Both the position numbers and the translations under genes were made by a program. Shown here one piece after another: positions 36,776-46,500 of a stretch of DNA of 64,000 nucleotides. The notes below the pieces were generated by a model. That model ran no database searches. It worked only from the letters and a program-made list of their open reading frames with translations, and was not told the origin of the DNA. Every line of letters starts with the position of its first letter. Position 1 is the first letter of the stretch. This stretch comes from an uncultured Coriobacteriaceae bacterium (GTDB lineage Bacteria; Actinomycetota; Coriobacteriia; Coriobacteriales; UMGS124): the NCBI GenBank assembly GCA_900539345.1, contig UQBS01000007.1, positions 8,246 through 72,245 on the forward strand, in the 5' to 3' direction.

Positions 36776-37897
36776 TTAGAGCGCTTCGATCTTGTCGGCC
36801 CAGAGCGCCATGTTGGTACCGTCGTAGACAAACTCGCCGTAGACGTTGATGTTGGAGCCCACATCGTAGGAACTCTTGATATCGACGGGATAGAAGTACA
36901 CGGTGAGCTGGTTTGCGGCGTTGTTGGGGTCGGAGACCACCATGGAGGACAGGCTGCCGTCGTCGGCCATGTTGATGGAGGCGACAGTGCAGTTCAGACC
37001 AACCTGCTTGGTGCTCCACTTGGCCGGCTCGGTAAGCAGGTTCTCGCCGAAAACGGGCCATTCGTAGGTGGTGGCAAGCGTCAGCAGGGCACCCTTGGCG
37101 TTGTTGAGGTTGGAGTACGCCTCGCTGCGCTGGCTGGACGTGGCAGACGTGTCGGCGAGCACCGTCTCAGCAGCCGTCACGGCCTGGCGGAGGTTGTAAG
37201 CGGTGTAGCGCGTGTAAGGGTGCGTCTCACGCTGCTCGTCGAGAGCCGCGTTGGAGTCGTCGACGAGGGCCTGAAGCTGGCTGACATCCGAAGAGACAGC
37301 CGGGGTGCCGGGGTCGCCAGCCTGGTTCGCCTTGCAGGAACCAATGGCAAGCGTGAGCACGACGACAAGGGCCACCAGCACAATGACCGCAACCCAGAAC
37401 GAGGTGCGCTGGGTGACCGGACGCACGAGGGTGCCGCAATGGGGGCAGCGCGACTGCAGGTGGTCGACGGGGTGGCCGCACATACGGCACGGCGCACCGG
37501 TACCCACATAGTCGCCATCCTCGTACTCCACGGCACGGGACTGGGCGATGCGAGACGAGACAGCGCCCGCCACGCCGCTGAACGCACCGGCCACGGCGCC
37601 GCCGGCGGCCTTCAGGCCGTTGAGGACAGGGTTGCCGGCGCCAGCGGCGGGAGCCTGTCCCTGACGCCTCGTAGGTGCGGGGCGCTGACCAGCGTCGACG
37701 CTCTCACGCACGGGACGGCGACCAGCCGACTCACGCACGGGACGCTCGCCACGCACGCGAGGCTCACGGGGCTCGCGCTGAGGCGCGGCGCCGCGCTCCT
37801 GCATGCCGGGGTCATAGCCGTTGCCGTCATCGTAGTGCTGCTCCTGGCAGGGAGCCGCATAACCGTTGTCATACTCTTCGTATCGATCGTCCCTCAT
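36776..37897 (-). CDS. Zinc-ribbon / single-TM protein with an extracytoplasmic C-terminal domain (hypothetical)
   Basis: The ATG at 37897 follows GGAGG; the track ORF begins at an upstream TTG. The protein has a disordered R/P/E-rich N-terminus with the repeated motif RPVRES. A CRMCGHPV...CPHCG zinc ribbon, one TM helix and a roughly 190-aa outside domain follow. Confidence 0.62.
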   Translation of the reverse strand: MRDDRYEEYDNGYAAPCQEQHYDDGNGYDPGMQERGAAPQREPREPRVRGERPVRESAGRRPVRESVDAGQRPAPTRRQGQAPAAGAGNPVLNGLKAAGGAVAGAFSGVAGAVSSRIAQSRAVEYEDGDYVGTGAPCRMCGHPVDHLQSRCPHCGTLVRPVTQRTSFWVAVIVLVALVVVLTLAIGSCKANQAGDPGTPAVSSDVSQLQALVDDSNAALDEQRETHPYTRYTAYNLRQAVTAAETVLADTSATSSQRSEAYSNLNNAKGALLTLATTYEWPVFGENLLTEPAKWSTKQVGLNCTVASINMADDGSLSSMVVSDPNNAANQLTVYFYPVDIKSSYDVGSNINVYGEFVYDGTNMALWADKIEAL

Positions 37898-37959
37898 AAC
37901 GGGACCTCCGCATCTCGAACAATTGGGGGCTCTGTTCGCTCTCGCCAAATCGTAAGAGT

Positions 37960-40900
37960 CTATCTTAAATCATCGAGCATGCCCGCCAAAACCCATCCAT
38001 AAGAACTCACCGAAGCCCAACGAGAGCCAAGGCCTTCGACATAGGGGCACCAGCCGGCCAGCCAAGAGGAGAAGCGCGGGTCGACCAGGGGGTGCTTGAG
38101 CAAGCTCGTGTTGCCGGCGTAGTCGGCCATGCGCGGGTCGGCGTAGAGGCGCAGGTGCTGCACCTGGGCGCGCAGTCCCTCGCGCACCGAGGCGAACGTG
38201 TGGCCGGCAGCGCCGTCGTCGGTGGCGCCCAGGCCGGAGAAGTTGCACTGAGTGGGGTCGACCTGGCCTCCAAAGCGCAGGTAGCCGGTCTCATTCATGG
38301 CCTGCACGTACACCACGCCCGGGTCGACGCCCTCGTCGCGCGCCTCTTCGTAAAGAATCTTGCAGAACTCCTCGATGGTGGCCGCGCCCTTGTCCTTGTA
38401 CACATCGGCAGGGTAGGTCGCCCCAGAGGCCTTGTAGTCGGCGACCATGTCGGCAACCGTGACCTTGCTGTTTGCGTTCATGATGGGGTGCAAGGCCGTG
38501 GAGAACTCAACCGTGGCAAAGGCCTGCTTCTCCGCGTCTGCCGTGGGAGCCGCCCACACCTGCGCGACATAGTCGCCTGCGGCCAGCTGCGAGCGGGCGA
38601 GCTCGACTGCCCACGTACCCTTGGCCTCGCCAGCCGAGGAGAGGTCGAGGTCTTCGACATAGCGGGCGATGAACCACTGGGCAGTCGTGGCGTCGGAGCC
38701 TGCCTTCCAGATGGCGATGCTCACCGCACCTGCGGGCTTTACCTGGCCCGACGGGATCCAGAACTCATAGCCCGCTCCCTCGTCGGTCATCCTGCACGAA
38801 AGGGCGGTTACCTCAAAAGGGGCGTTTTCGCCACCCCCGTTGTCGGGCGCGGACCAACCGATGACACCCGAGAAGACGTCGAACATCTTTGCTGCCTGGG
38901 CGCGGGTGGCAGATTCCTTGGGGTTGAGCAGCGCAATGCCGGTGGTCGTATCGCCGGTGAGGATGCCCTTGGCGTTGCACCAGGCAAGCGCGTCATAGGC
39001 GAAGTCGCTCACCTCGTCGGCATCATAGAACGCGTCGATGGAGCCAACGTACACGTTGAGCCCGCAGCCCTTGGCATAGCGCCACAGCATGGTGGCGAGC
39101 TCCTCGCGGCTCACCGTCTTGTCGGGACGGAAAAGGCCGGCATACTCGCCGTCCTTGTAGCCGGTGACGATCCCCTGCTGGTAGGCCCACTCGATTGCGG
39201 CGGTATACCACTGCCCGAGGGCGACGTCGGGGAAGCTCGACTCCATGCCGTAATTGGAGGGGTCGGTGGTGGAGGTGCTCGAGGGGTTCGCGATGCGGTA
39301 GAGCATCGTGGCCACCATGCCGCGCGTCATGGTCTCTTCCGGGCCAAAGGTACGGCACACCCCGTCGTCATCGGAGAAGCCGGTCATGATGCCGGCGTCG
39401 ACCACATGCGCCACATAGTCCAGGTACCACTCGCCAGCTTCGAGGTCGTTGAAGCGCTTGACCTCGCCCGTGGTGGAGACACTCGCCAGCACGGAGTTGG
39501 CGGCGCTTGCCACATACCCGTCGAAGCGCAAGGTACCTACGACCACGTCTGCGGGAAGCTTGAAAGAAGCCTCCCAGGTCGTACCATCGACCTTGGTCAT
39601 CTCAAGCGAATGCATGGTGCCGTCGGGGAAGGTGACGTCAACATAGAAGTGGGCAGCGCCGGACAGGCCGGTGGAACCGCCAAGCGTCACGGTGCGCGTG
39701 GCGCCGTCGATGTCGGCAACGTGCAGCTCGCTCAGCGACAGGCCGGAGTTGTCCTTGTCCTTGGACAGACCAAAGAAGTCGGCGATGCCCTTGGCGTCGG
39801 CAACGCCGAGGTCGTGCAACGCCGTGTCGCTTGAGAGGAACTTGTAATCGTCCTTGCCGGAGATGAACGCATGCTCGACGATGATACCGGGGACGTTGTT
39901 CTTCTTGGTGTTGCGGATGATGGAATAGTAGTCGCGCTCGTTGCCAGAGCCGTCGATGTAGGTGTCGTTTTCCTTGATGCCGCGGTCATACAGGCCCAGG
40001 GCGACAAGGCGATCCTGAATGGACTGCGCGAGGTTCTCGCCGTCCTGGGTGACGGTGGTGATGCCGGCGCTGTAGTTGGGGAACCACACCTCGGCACCAT
40101 GGGAATTCGACGTGTCGGCCGAGTTGATGTGGATGCTCACGAACACCGAAGCGCCCGCAGCAACGGCATCGGCGACGCGGCGCTTGAGGCATTCGGCCTC
40201 GTTGTGGTCGTAATCGGTGAAGTAGGGGCAGTCGCCCGAATCGTCGCGCGTCATGTAGACGCTCACGCCGGGGTAGGTCTCCAGCTCATCGCGGCATGCC
40301 TGGGCGATCTTGAGCGTGAGTTCCTCTTCTCGCAGGTCTTGGCCCTGGGCGCCGGGAGACTGGTTGTCATGACCGGGATCGAGGGCAATGACAAGGCCGG
40401 GAAGCTTCGTTGTAGCCTGGCCCTCGGCGTCGGAGGCGGCATCGACGGCCATGGCGTTGAGCATGACGTCGGAGACGCCCGCGACGTCGAGCGCGTCCTC
40501 GACGCTCTGGGCTTCCACAAGCTCGCCTGCGGCGTCGATGGTATAGGCGGTGAGGTCGGCAACAGGTTCAGTCGCCTGGGTGACCTCAAACACATACGCG
40601 CTGGTAGAAAGCGCAAAGTCCACCGCATGCTCGCTACCGTCGGCAAGGGTGTACGAGAGGGACCTCAGAGACGAGGTTCCCTGGCCGAGCAGCGCCGTAT
40701 CGATATTGAAGAGCATGGCCTCCATGTCGATGGCAGAAACCTCAACCTCAACGTCACCGTAAGGCGAGGAAAGGGTGAGCTGGGCAGACACGACCTGGCT
40801 CGCCTCATCGGCAAGCATGAGCGCGACCTGCTGGGTCTGGCCCTCCTCCAAGCTCGCCAGGGAAACGTACACCAAGGAGAGTGCCTCTTCGGGAGCGAGG

Positions 40901-41292
40901 GGTGCCTCGGGGGTCGCGTCGTCTGGCGATGCAGAGTCATCGGAAGAAGCAGGCTCGCTGGGCTCGGGGGTCGGCTGCTCTTCCTCGGGTTGGTCCGCAG
41001 GCGTCTGCTCGCCCTCCTGCTCATCGGCGGGATCGGGCTGGGGCTCGGCGTCGACATCGCCCTGGGCGGTGTCATCCGAAGGGGCATCCGGGGCCGGCTC
41101 GGCAGGAGCGGATGCATCTGCGCCCTCTTGATCGGTTCCCGCCTGGGCGGCGGGGGTCGAAGCGACCTCGTATGCCGGGGCCTGACCGGCCTCATCGGCA
41201 AGCGCCTGAGCGGCGGGCATGAATCCGCTGAGGATCATCGACCAGCTCACGAGGCACGAAAGGGCAAGATTGGCAACGGGATGTTTTGTCAC
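37960..41292 (-). CDS. SLH-anchored bifunctional peptidoglycan hydrolase (MurNAc-L-Ala amidase plus C-terminal glucosaminidase)
   Basis: The GTG at 41292 follows AAGGAG, and a signal peptide is present. The Amidase_3 domain (LDPGHDNQ...FVSIHINS...IIVEHAF) is encoded at about 39840-40400. Three SLH repeats (FNDLEAGEWYLDY..., FPDVALGQWYTAAIEW..., FYDADEVSDFAYDAL...) are encoded at about 38865-39453. The glucosaminidase-like end (VYVQAMNETGYLRFGG) is encoded at about 38090-38380. Confidence 0.88.
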   Translation of the reverse strand: MTKHPVANLALSCLVSWSMILSGFMPAAQALADEAGQAPAYEVASTPAAQAGTDQEGADASAPAEPAPDAPSDDTAQGDVDAEPQPDPADEQEGEQTPADQPEEEQPTPEPSEPASSDDSASPDDATPEAPLAPEEALSLVYVSLASLEEGQTQQVALMLADEASQVVSAQLTLSSPYGDVEVEVSAIDMEAMLFNIDTALLGQGTSSLRSLSYTLADGSEHAVDFALSTSAYVFEVTQATEPVADLTAYTIDAAGELVEAQSVEDALDVAGVSDVMLNAMAVDAASDAEGQATTKLPGLVIALDPGHDNQSPGAQGQDLREEELTLKIAQACRDELETYPGVSVYMTRDDSGDCPYFTDYDHNEAECLKRRVADAVAAGASVFVSIHINSADTSNSHGAEVWFPNYSAGITTVTQDGENLAQSIQDRLVALGLYDRGIKENDTYIDGSGNERDYYSIIRNTKKNNVPGIIVEHAFISGKDDYKFLSSDTALHDLGVADAKGIADFFGLSKDKDNSGLSLSELHVADIDGATRTVTLGGSTGLSGAAHFYVDVTFPDGTMHSLEMTKVDGTTWEASFKLPADVVVGTLRFDGYVASAANSVLASVSTTGEVKRFNDLEAGEWYLDYVAHVVDAGIMTGFSDDDGVCRTFGPEETMTRGMVATMLYRIANPSSTSTTDPSNYGMESSFPDVALGQWYTAAIEWAYQQGIVTGYKDGEYAGLFRPDKTVSREELATMLWRYAKGCGLNVYVGSIDAFYDADEVSDFAYDALAWCNAKGILTGDTTTGIALLNPKESATRAQAAKMFDVFSGVIGWSAPDNGGGENAPFEVTALSCRMTDEGAGYEFWIPSGQVKPAGAVSIAIWKAGSDATTAQWFIARYVEDLDLSSAGEAKGTWAVELARSQLAAGDYVAQVWAAPTADAEKQAFATVEFSTALHPIMNANSKVTVADMVADYKASGATYPADVYKDKGAATIEEFCKILYEEARDEGVDPGVVYVQAMNETGYLRFGGQVDPTQCNFSGLGATDDGAAGHTFASVREGLRAQVQHLRLYADPRMADYAGNTSLLKHPLVDPRFSSWLAGWCPYVEGLGSRWASVSSYGWVLAGMLDDLR

Positions 41293-41354
41293 CGTGTGCT
41301 CCTTACTTCTCGTATGGCTCCGCAAGACGCACGGCGGCGTATGCGGAAAGTCAA

Positions 41355-41393
41355 CAAAAGCACCTGGCATGGTACCATCCCCATGCCAGGTGC
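41355..41393 (-). terminator. Rho-independent terminator
   Basis: GCACCTGGCATGG (41360-41372) pairs with CCATGCCAGGTGC (41381-41393). On the minus strand it is followed by TTTTG. Confidence 0.7.
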
Positions 41394-41472
41394 ATGATTC
41401 CGCAATTGGAAAAACAGCGTTCCGTCCCTGCCGCGCCGTTATTGTATACAGCCAAAATGCCTGGTCAGAAGG

Positions 41473-43224
41473 CTACAAGACATCGCGTACGAGAACCGTG
41501 AGGATTTTTGCCATCTGAGCGCGCGTGGCGTAGCCGTGAGGGTTGAGCAAGGGATAGCCGTAGGTGGTGTCGCCGGTGATAATGCCGTAGAGGTTGCACC
41601 AAGAAAGACCATGCAGGGCGTAGTCCGACACGGCCCACGCGTCATCGAACCCGCTGATGTCGCCCATCTCGGAGCCCATGCCCAGCATGAGGGCATAGCG
41701 GTGCACCATGGTGGCAAGCTGCTCACGGGTCACGCAGTCATCAGGACGGAAGTAGCCCGTCTCCTCGCCGTACTCGTCGCGCTCACCGGTCACGATGGAG
41801 TTGTGATAGCACCACTCAACCACGCCAGCGTACCACTTATCTTCCCAGACGTCATAGAAGCAATCGCCTGCACCCTGAGGCGTGTAGCCCGTGGCATGGC
41901 GGCACAGAACCGCCGCCACCTCGGCGCGGCTCACCGCATTGTCAGGCCCGAATAGGCCCGTGTCCGAATAGCCGGTCATAAGACCGGCGTCGCGCACATA
42001 CGCAACGTAGCCCGCGTACCAGGCGTCTGCATCAACATCAGGAAAGCCGGGCTTGTTGTCAGGCACAGGCGGGTCCACGGGCTCGTCGCCACCCTCAACC
42101 AGCTTGACGCCGCCCAGCCAACCGCAGCGCGGAGCAACGACGTCGTCGTAGCTCGCAACCCAGCGCTCAAGGGGAACCATGCGGATGTAGCCGAGGTTGT
42201 CGACTACCTGGCCCTCTCCGTTCTCGTCTTTGCCGATGTAGATGCCCACGTGACCGTAAATCTGTCCGTCGTTGGTCCAGTTGTGCGAAGGCGTGGCAAT
42301 GATCATGCCCGGCTTGATGTAGCTGATATCGGAAATGGTGCACCAGTCAGCATACATGTCGCAGGCGTTGCCCCAGAAGAGACCAACACCAGCCTGGTCG
42401 TACACCTCGGTAACCCAGCTCGCGCAGTAGCCCTCGCCCGTAGACGACACCGTGACGCACGCCTCGAGAACCGCGGCAAGCAAGCTGCCGGGATAGGCTT
42501 CGGTAATGACGCCCGACGCGATAATCTCGCGCAGCCTGGTGCGCGTGGCCTCGGTTATCTGGGCAAACTCGTCTTCGCCGGCGCCTTCAGGCTTGCCTTC
42601 GCCCGAGGGCTTGTCCTTCGCGCTGTCGCCGTCTTGCCCCTCGGGCTGGGACGTCTCGCCCTGTGCTTGATTGGCGGTCTGGTCAGCCTTTGCCTTCTCG
42701 TCAGCCTCGGCCTGCGCACGCGCGGCAAGCTCGCGGTCGTATTGCTCAGTCAGCGCCTTCACCTCGGCGTCGGCCTCGTTGAGCGCCTGGGTCGCCTCAT
42801 CTTGACGGCGCTTAACCTCAGCAAGCTGGTCGCTCTTCTGAGTGCGCAAGGTTTCAAGCTCAGCCTTCTGGGCTGCGAGGTCGGCTTGGCGAGTCTCAAG
42901 CTCGGCAAGAACCTCTTCGTCGGCCTGCTCAGCAGGCACGGCAAGGAGGGCGTCTATCTCTCCTTGGATGTCGGCAATTTGCTGGGCCTTGGCATCAATC
43001 AGGCCAAGCGTTGACTCAAGCTCGACACAAAGCTGCTGGTATTGGGCAACAAGCTCATCAATCAGCGCCTTAAGGCCATCGTAGCGCGACCGTGCATCGG
43101 CAAGGGCGGCAGCAGTTGCATCCACGTCGGCACGCGCAATCGAGGAAAGCACGCCCAAACCGCAGGCCCCCAACAGCGAGAGTCCTGCCGCAACAGCAAA
43201 GGAGCGACGTGAAAGCAAGTTCAT
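41473..43224 (-). CDS. SLH-anchored coiled-coil / CHAP-like cysteine peptidase (PcsB-like architecture)
   Basis: The ATG at 43224 opens a protein with a signal peptide and a long coiled coil. The Cys/His module reads GYCASWVTEVY...GNACDMY...GHVGIYIG...VVDNLG. Three SLH repeats are encoded at about 41476-42045. Confidence 0.78.
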   Translation of the reverse strand: MNLLSRRSFAVAAGLSLLGACGLGVLSSIARADVDATAAALADARSRYDGLKALIDELVAQYQQLCVELESTLGLIDAKAQQIADIQGEIDALLAVPAEQADEEVLAELETRQADLAAQKAELETLRTQKSDQLAEVKRRQDEATQALNEADAEVKALTEQYDRELAARAQAEADEKAKADQTANQAQGETSQPEGQDGDSAKDKPSGEGKPEGAGEDEFAQITEATRTRLREIIASGVITEAYPGSLLAAVLEACVTVSSTGEGYCASWVTEVYDQAGVGLFWGNACDMYADWCTISDISYIKPGMIIATPSHNWTNDGQIYGHVGIYIGKDENGEGQVVDNLGYIRMVPLERWVASYDDVVAPRCGWLGGVKLVEGGDEPVDPPVPDNKPGFPDVDADAWYAGYVAYVRDAGLMTGYSDTGLFGPDNAVSRAEVAAVLCRHATGYTPQGAGDCFYDVWEDKWYAGVVEWCYHNSIVTGERDEYGEETGYFRPDDCVTREQLATMVHRYALMLGMGSEMGDISGFDDAWAVSDYALHGLSWCNLYGIITGDTTYGYPLLNPHGYATRAQMAKILTVLVRDVL

Positions 43225-43375
43225 CAATGGTGCGCCCTTCCGACAACAATCAGGTGTACGAGCGGGGCCAGTCTACACCATGCCAGAGCAACGCGCATCG
43301 CATAGAGGCACGAGACGCCCTGCGGCACCCGAGCGCGACACAAACAGACGATAAGAATGGCCACAACCCGAAACA

Positions 43376-43414
43376 CGCGCGCCCCGCACTCCAGGTTCGA
43401 GGGCGGGGCGCGCG
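43376..43414 (-). terminator. Perfect 12-bp GC hairpin between two SLH genes (possible terminator)
   Basis: CGCGCGCCCCGC (43376-43387) pairs with GCGGGGCGCGCG (43403-43414). The loop is ACTCCAGGTTCGAGG. The T tract is weak. Confidence 0.4.
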
Positions 43415-43591
43415 CTAGTTGGGGAGTAGGGCCCCGAGTGACGGGCTCCCCTACTAGGTCAGGCTGAAAGACTCAAACTCAGCGGAGCCGAGACCCGAGC
43501 CGGTACCAGATACAAAGGCAGGCTCGGAGCTTGCAGACTCGGAGGGCACGGCGGGCTGCACGGGTTCGCCGGGGACCGCAGGCCCGGAGGG

Positions 43592-46500
43592 CTACTCGGG
43601 CTCAGCAGACTGCTCGGATTGGTCAGGGTTCGCAGGCGTGGCGGGCTCACTGGGCTGGTCCGGAATCGCAGGTTCTGCAGGCTGCTCGGACTCGCCGGGG
43701 ACCGCAGGCTCGGAGGGCTCGGCGGGATTGCTGGGCTGCTCGGGCTCGGCGGGAGCCGCGGGCTCGCTGGGCTGGTCCGGGTTCGCAGGCTCGCCAGGCT
43801 GACCGGGCCCTGCGGGCTCGCTGGGCTGCTCGGGCTCGGCGGGCTGCTCGGGCTCGGAGGGCTCGTCCTTGGCGCCCGCGCCCTCGAGGTCGGCGGGCAG
43901 GCCGGTGGCGCCGAGCCAGGCGGTCAGGGCTTCGAGACAATCGGCACCCAGGGGGCAGCCGCGAAGCGCCAGGCGCTCCAGGGCGGGCATGCAGGCGGGG
44001 TCGAGCGAGGAGACCTGGGTCCCCGAGAGGTCGAGGAAGCGCAGGGCGGAAAGCCCCCCGAGGGCCTCGTCGCCCGCGAGCCTGAGCTCGGCGACGCCGC
44101 TGCCGGAGGCGTCGAGGGAGGCGAGCCCGCAGCCGCGCTCGAGCGAGAGGGACTCCAGGCGCGTGCGGCCGTCGGGGTCGGGGGTGCCGGCCTGGGCGTC
44201 GCCGTCCCAGGAGAGGTCGGCGCTCACGACGTCCGCGCCCTCGATCTGGGCGGGAAGCGCGAGGTCCGTGGCCTCTCCCCTGTAGGCCGTCACATACACG
44301 CCCGCGCCCACGTAGCGGCCGCCGAGCTCGGCGTACTCGCGGTCGAGCACGTAGGCCTCGCCCGCGGCGTCGACGGCACCCTCGGGCACGGCGAGGTAGG
44401 TGAGGCCGTTGAGCTCACCGGCAACGGCCGCGGGGGCCGCAGCGGGCTGCTGGGCCACGTCGGCGACAGGTCTGTCCTCAGCCTCGGCGTAGGGGCTCAG
44501 CTCGCCACCCGCCAGCTTGTCCATCTGGGTGAATATCTTGGCAGCCTGGGCGCGAGTCGCTGTGCCCTGCGGCAGCAGCAGCGGCTTTGCGTCGCCCACA
44601 AATCCGGTGAGCACGCCCGACGCACCGCACCACACCATCGCGTCGCGAGCCCAAGGTGAGACCGCCCACGTGTCCGAGGCGGCATTGAAGGAGGCCGAGG
44701 GCGGGTTGGCCGTCTTGACGCCGGCCCACTTGGCGAAGCGGTAGGCCATCGTGGCGAGCTCCTCGCGGGTCACCTCGTTGTCGGGCAGGAAGCACCCGGC
44801 GTTGGGGCCGGAGGTGTAGCCGGTGACGATGCCCTTGGACATGCACCAGGCAACGGCCTCATAAGCCCAGTGGCCCTGAACATCCCAAAGCGCACCGGAC
44901 GAGCAGGCAGGGCTGCCAGCGACGCGCCACAGCACGGTAGCCACCATGGCGCGGGTCACCGCGGAGTCGGGCTCGAAGTAGCCCGTGTAGTAGATACCGG
45001 CGTCGTCCTTCAAGCCGGTCATGAGGCCGCGCTTTGCCGCCTGGGTCACCCAGTCGGTGTACCACTCACCTGCCGGCACGTCCTTGAAGCTCGTGGGCGG
45101 CACCTGCTCCCACTTGGCGTAGAGCGTGAGGTTGCCCTTCACGGCCGAGTTGAAGTCATAAGACCTGGTAAGACCCTTGTCGGCATACCAGCCCTTGAAA
45201 TAGAAGCCTGACTTCGCGGGGTCGGCAGGCCTGGATGCCTTGGCGCCGTACGTGACGGACTGCGCTTTCACGGACGTGCCGCCGTTCGAGTTGAAGGTCA
45301 CCGTGTACCCGTTGGGTGCCCACTTGGCATAAAGTGTGATGTTGCCCTTAACCGGCGCATTAAAGTTGTATGCCTTCGTCAGCCCCTTGTCGGAGTACCA
45401 GCCCTTGAAGGTGTGACCGGCGCGCGTGGGGTTGGCAGGCTTGGACACTGCCTTGCCCTCTTCCACAGAGGCCGTCGTCTGGGAGCATGTGCCTCCGTTG
45501 GCGTTGAAGACCACCGTGTACGTTGCGAGGTAGCGCCACTTTGCATACACGGTCTTGTTGGACGTGATGGGCACCTTGAAATCAAACGGCGTGGTGCAAG
45601 AGCCGGTGGTGTACCAGCCGTCAAAGACATAGCCGCCACGCGTGGGGTCAGCAGGCTTCTTGAGCGTGTCTCCGCTCCTCACCTTCTGCGTCGAAATGAC
45701 GTCGACATCATAGTTCCACCTGTTATATGTGCCAAAGGTGACGGTGTAGTACCGATAGGCAACGGGGGTGGTGACGGACTCCAGGATGCTTCCGCCGCCC
45801 ACGCTCGCACTCAGCGTGAAGCTGCCCGGCGCCTTGCCACTCACCGTGACGGTCTTCGGATTGAAGCTTGCCGCCGAGGAGCCGTCGAGCGACCAGGTCA
45901 CACAGCTGTCGTCAATCTTCGACACCCAGCTCGCATAGGTGCCGCCGATGTGCGCGAACAGGCCGAAGCGCTGCGACTCGCCGACACCCAGGCTCTCGTT
46001 TGCGGCAACGATGCTCGTACCAGCCGCGTTGACCAGGTACACCGAGAACGTGGCACCCAGCTCTGCCAGGGCGGAGGACATGTAGTTGACATCCATGACC
46101 AGCGTCTTGTCGGCCTGCTTATATGCCGGGGACGCGGCAGTCGTGCCAAAGCACTGAACCCAGAACGTGCGGCCCGACACCGTGACGCAACCGATGCCGA
46201 TGGAGGTGCTGTCCGCGCTCAGGATATTCGCCTTGTGGCCCGAAGAATTCATCCACTGGTCCATGACGCCCTGAGCCGTTGTGGAGCCCACGGCGATGTT
46301 CTCGCGGGTCATCTTGGAACTGGCAGTGAAGCACTTTTGACCCGTGGGGCGTGTGTGGTCGAACACGATGGAGGTCTCGGCGGCGCGCTGCATTGCGACC
46401 GCCAAGAGGTCGGTATCCATCGTGAGCGCGGACAGTCCCTGCTTGGCGCGCTCCTGATTTACCAGGTCGAGCACTTCGAACGCCTTAGAGTAGCTTACTT

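Noticed and set aside
43376-43414. Whether the 12-bp GC hairpin with CCAGGTTCGAGG in its loop is a sixth family-A copy.
   Set aside because: It shares only the pentamer GGTTC. The flanks, linkers (AAGGCG, GAACGCA) and apical GTAC motif are all absent.
43531-44085. Arg/Ala/Pro-rich ORFs (43531..44085, 43619..44659, 43647..43940, 53554..54585) that overlap the proline-rich repeat regions.
   Set aside because: They are alternative-frame or antisense readings of the P-x-E-P coding repeats of the SLH surface proteins, so the repeat periodicity produces them as artefacts.
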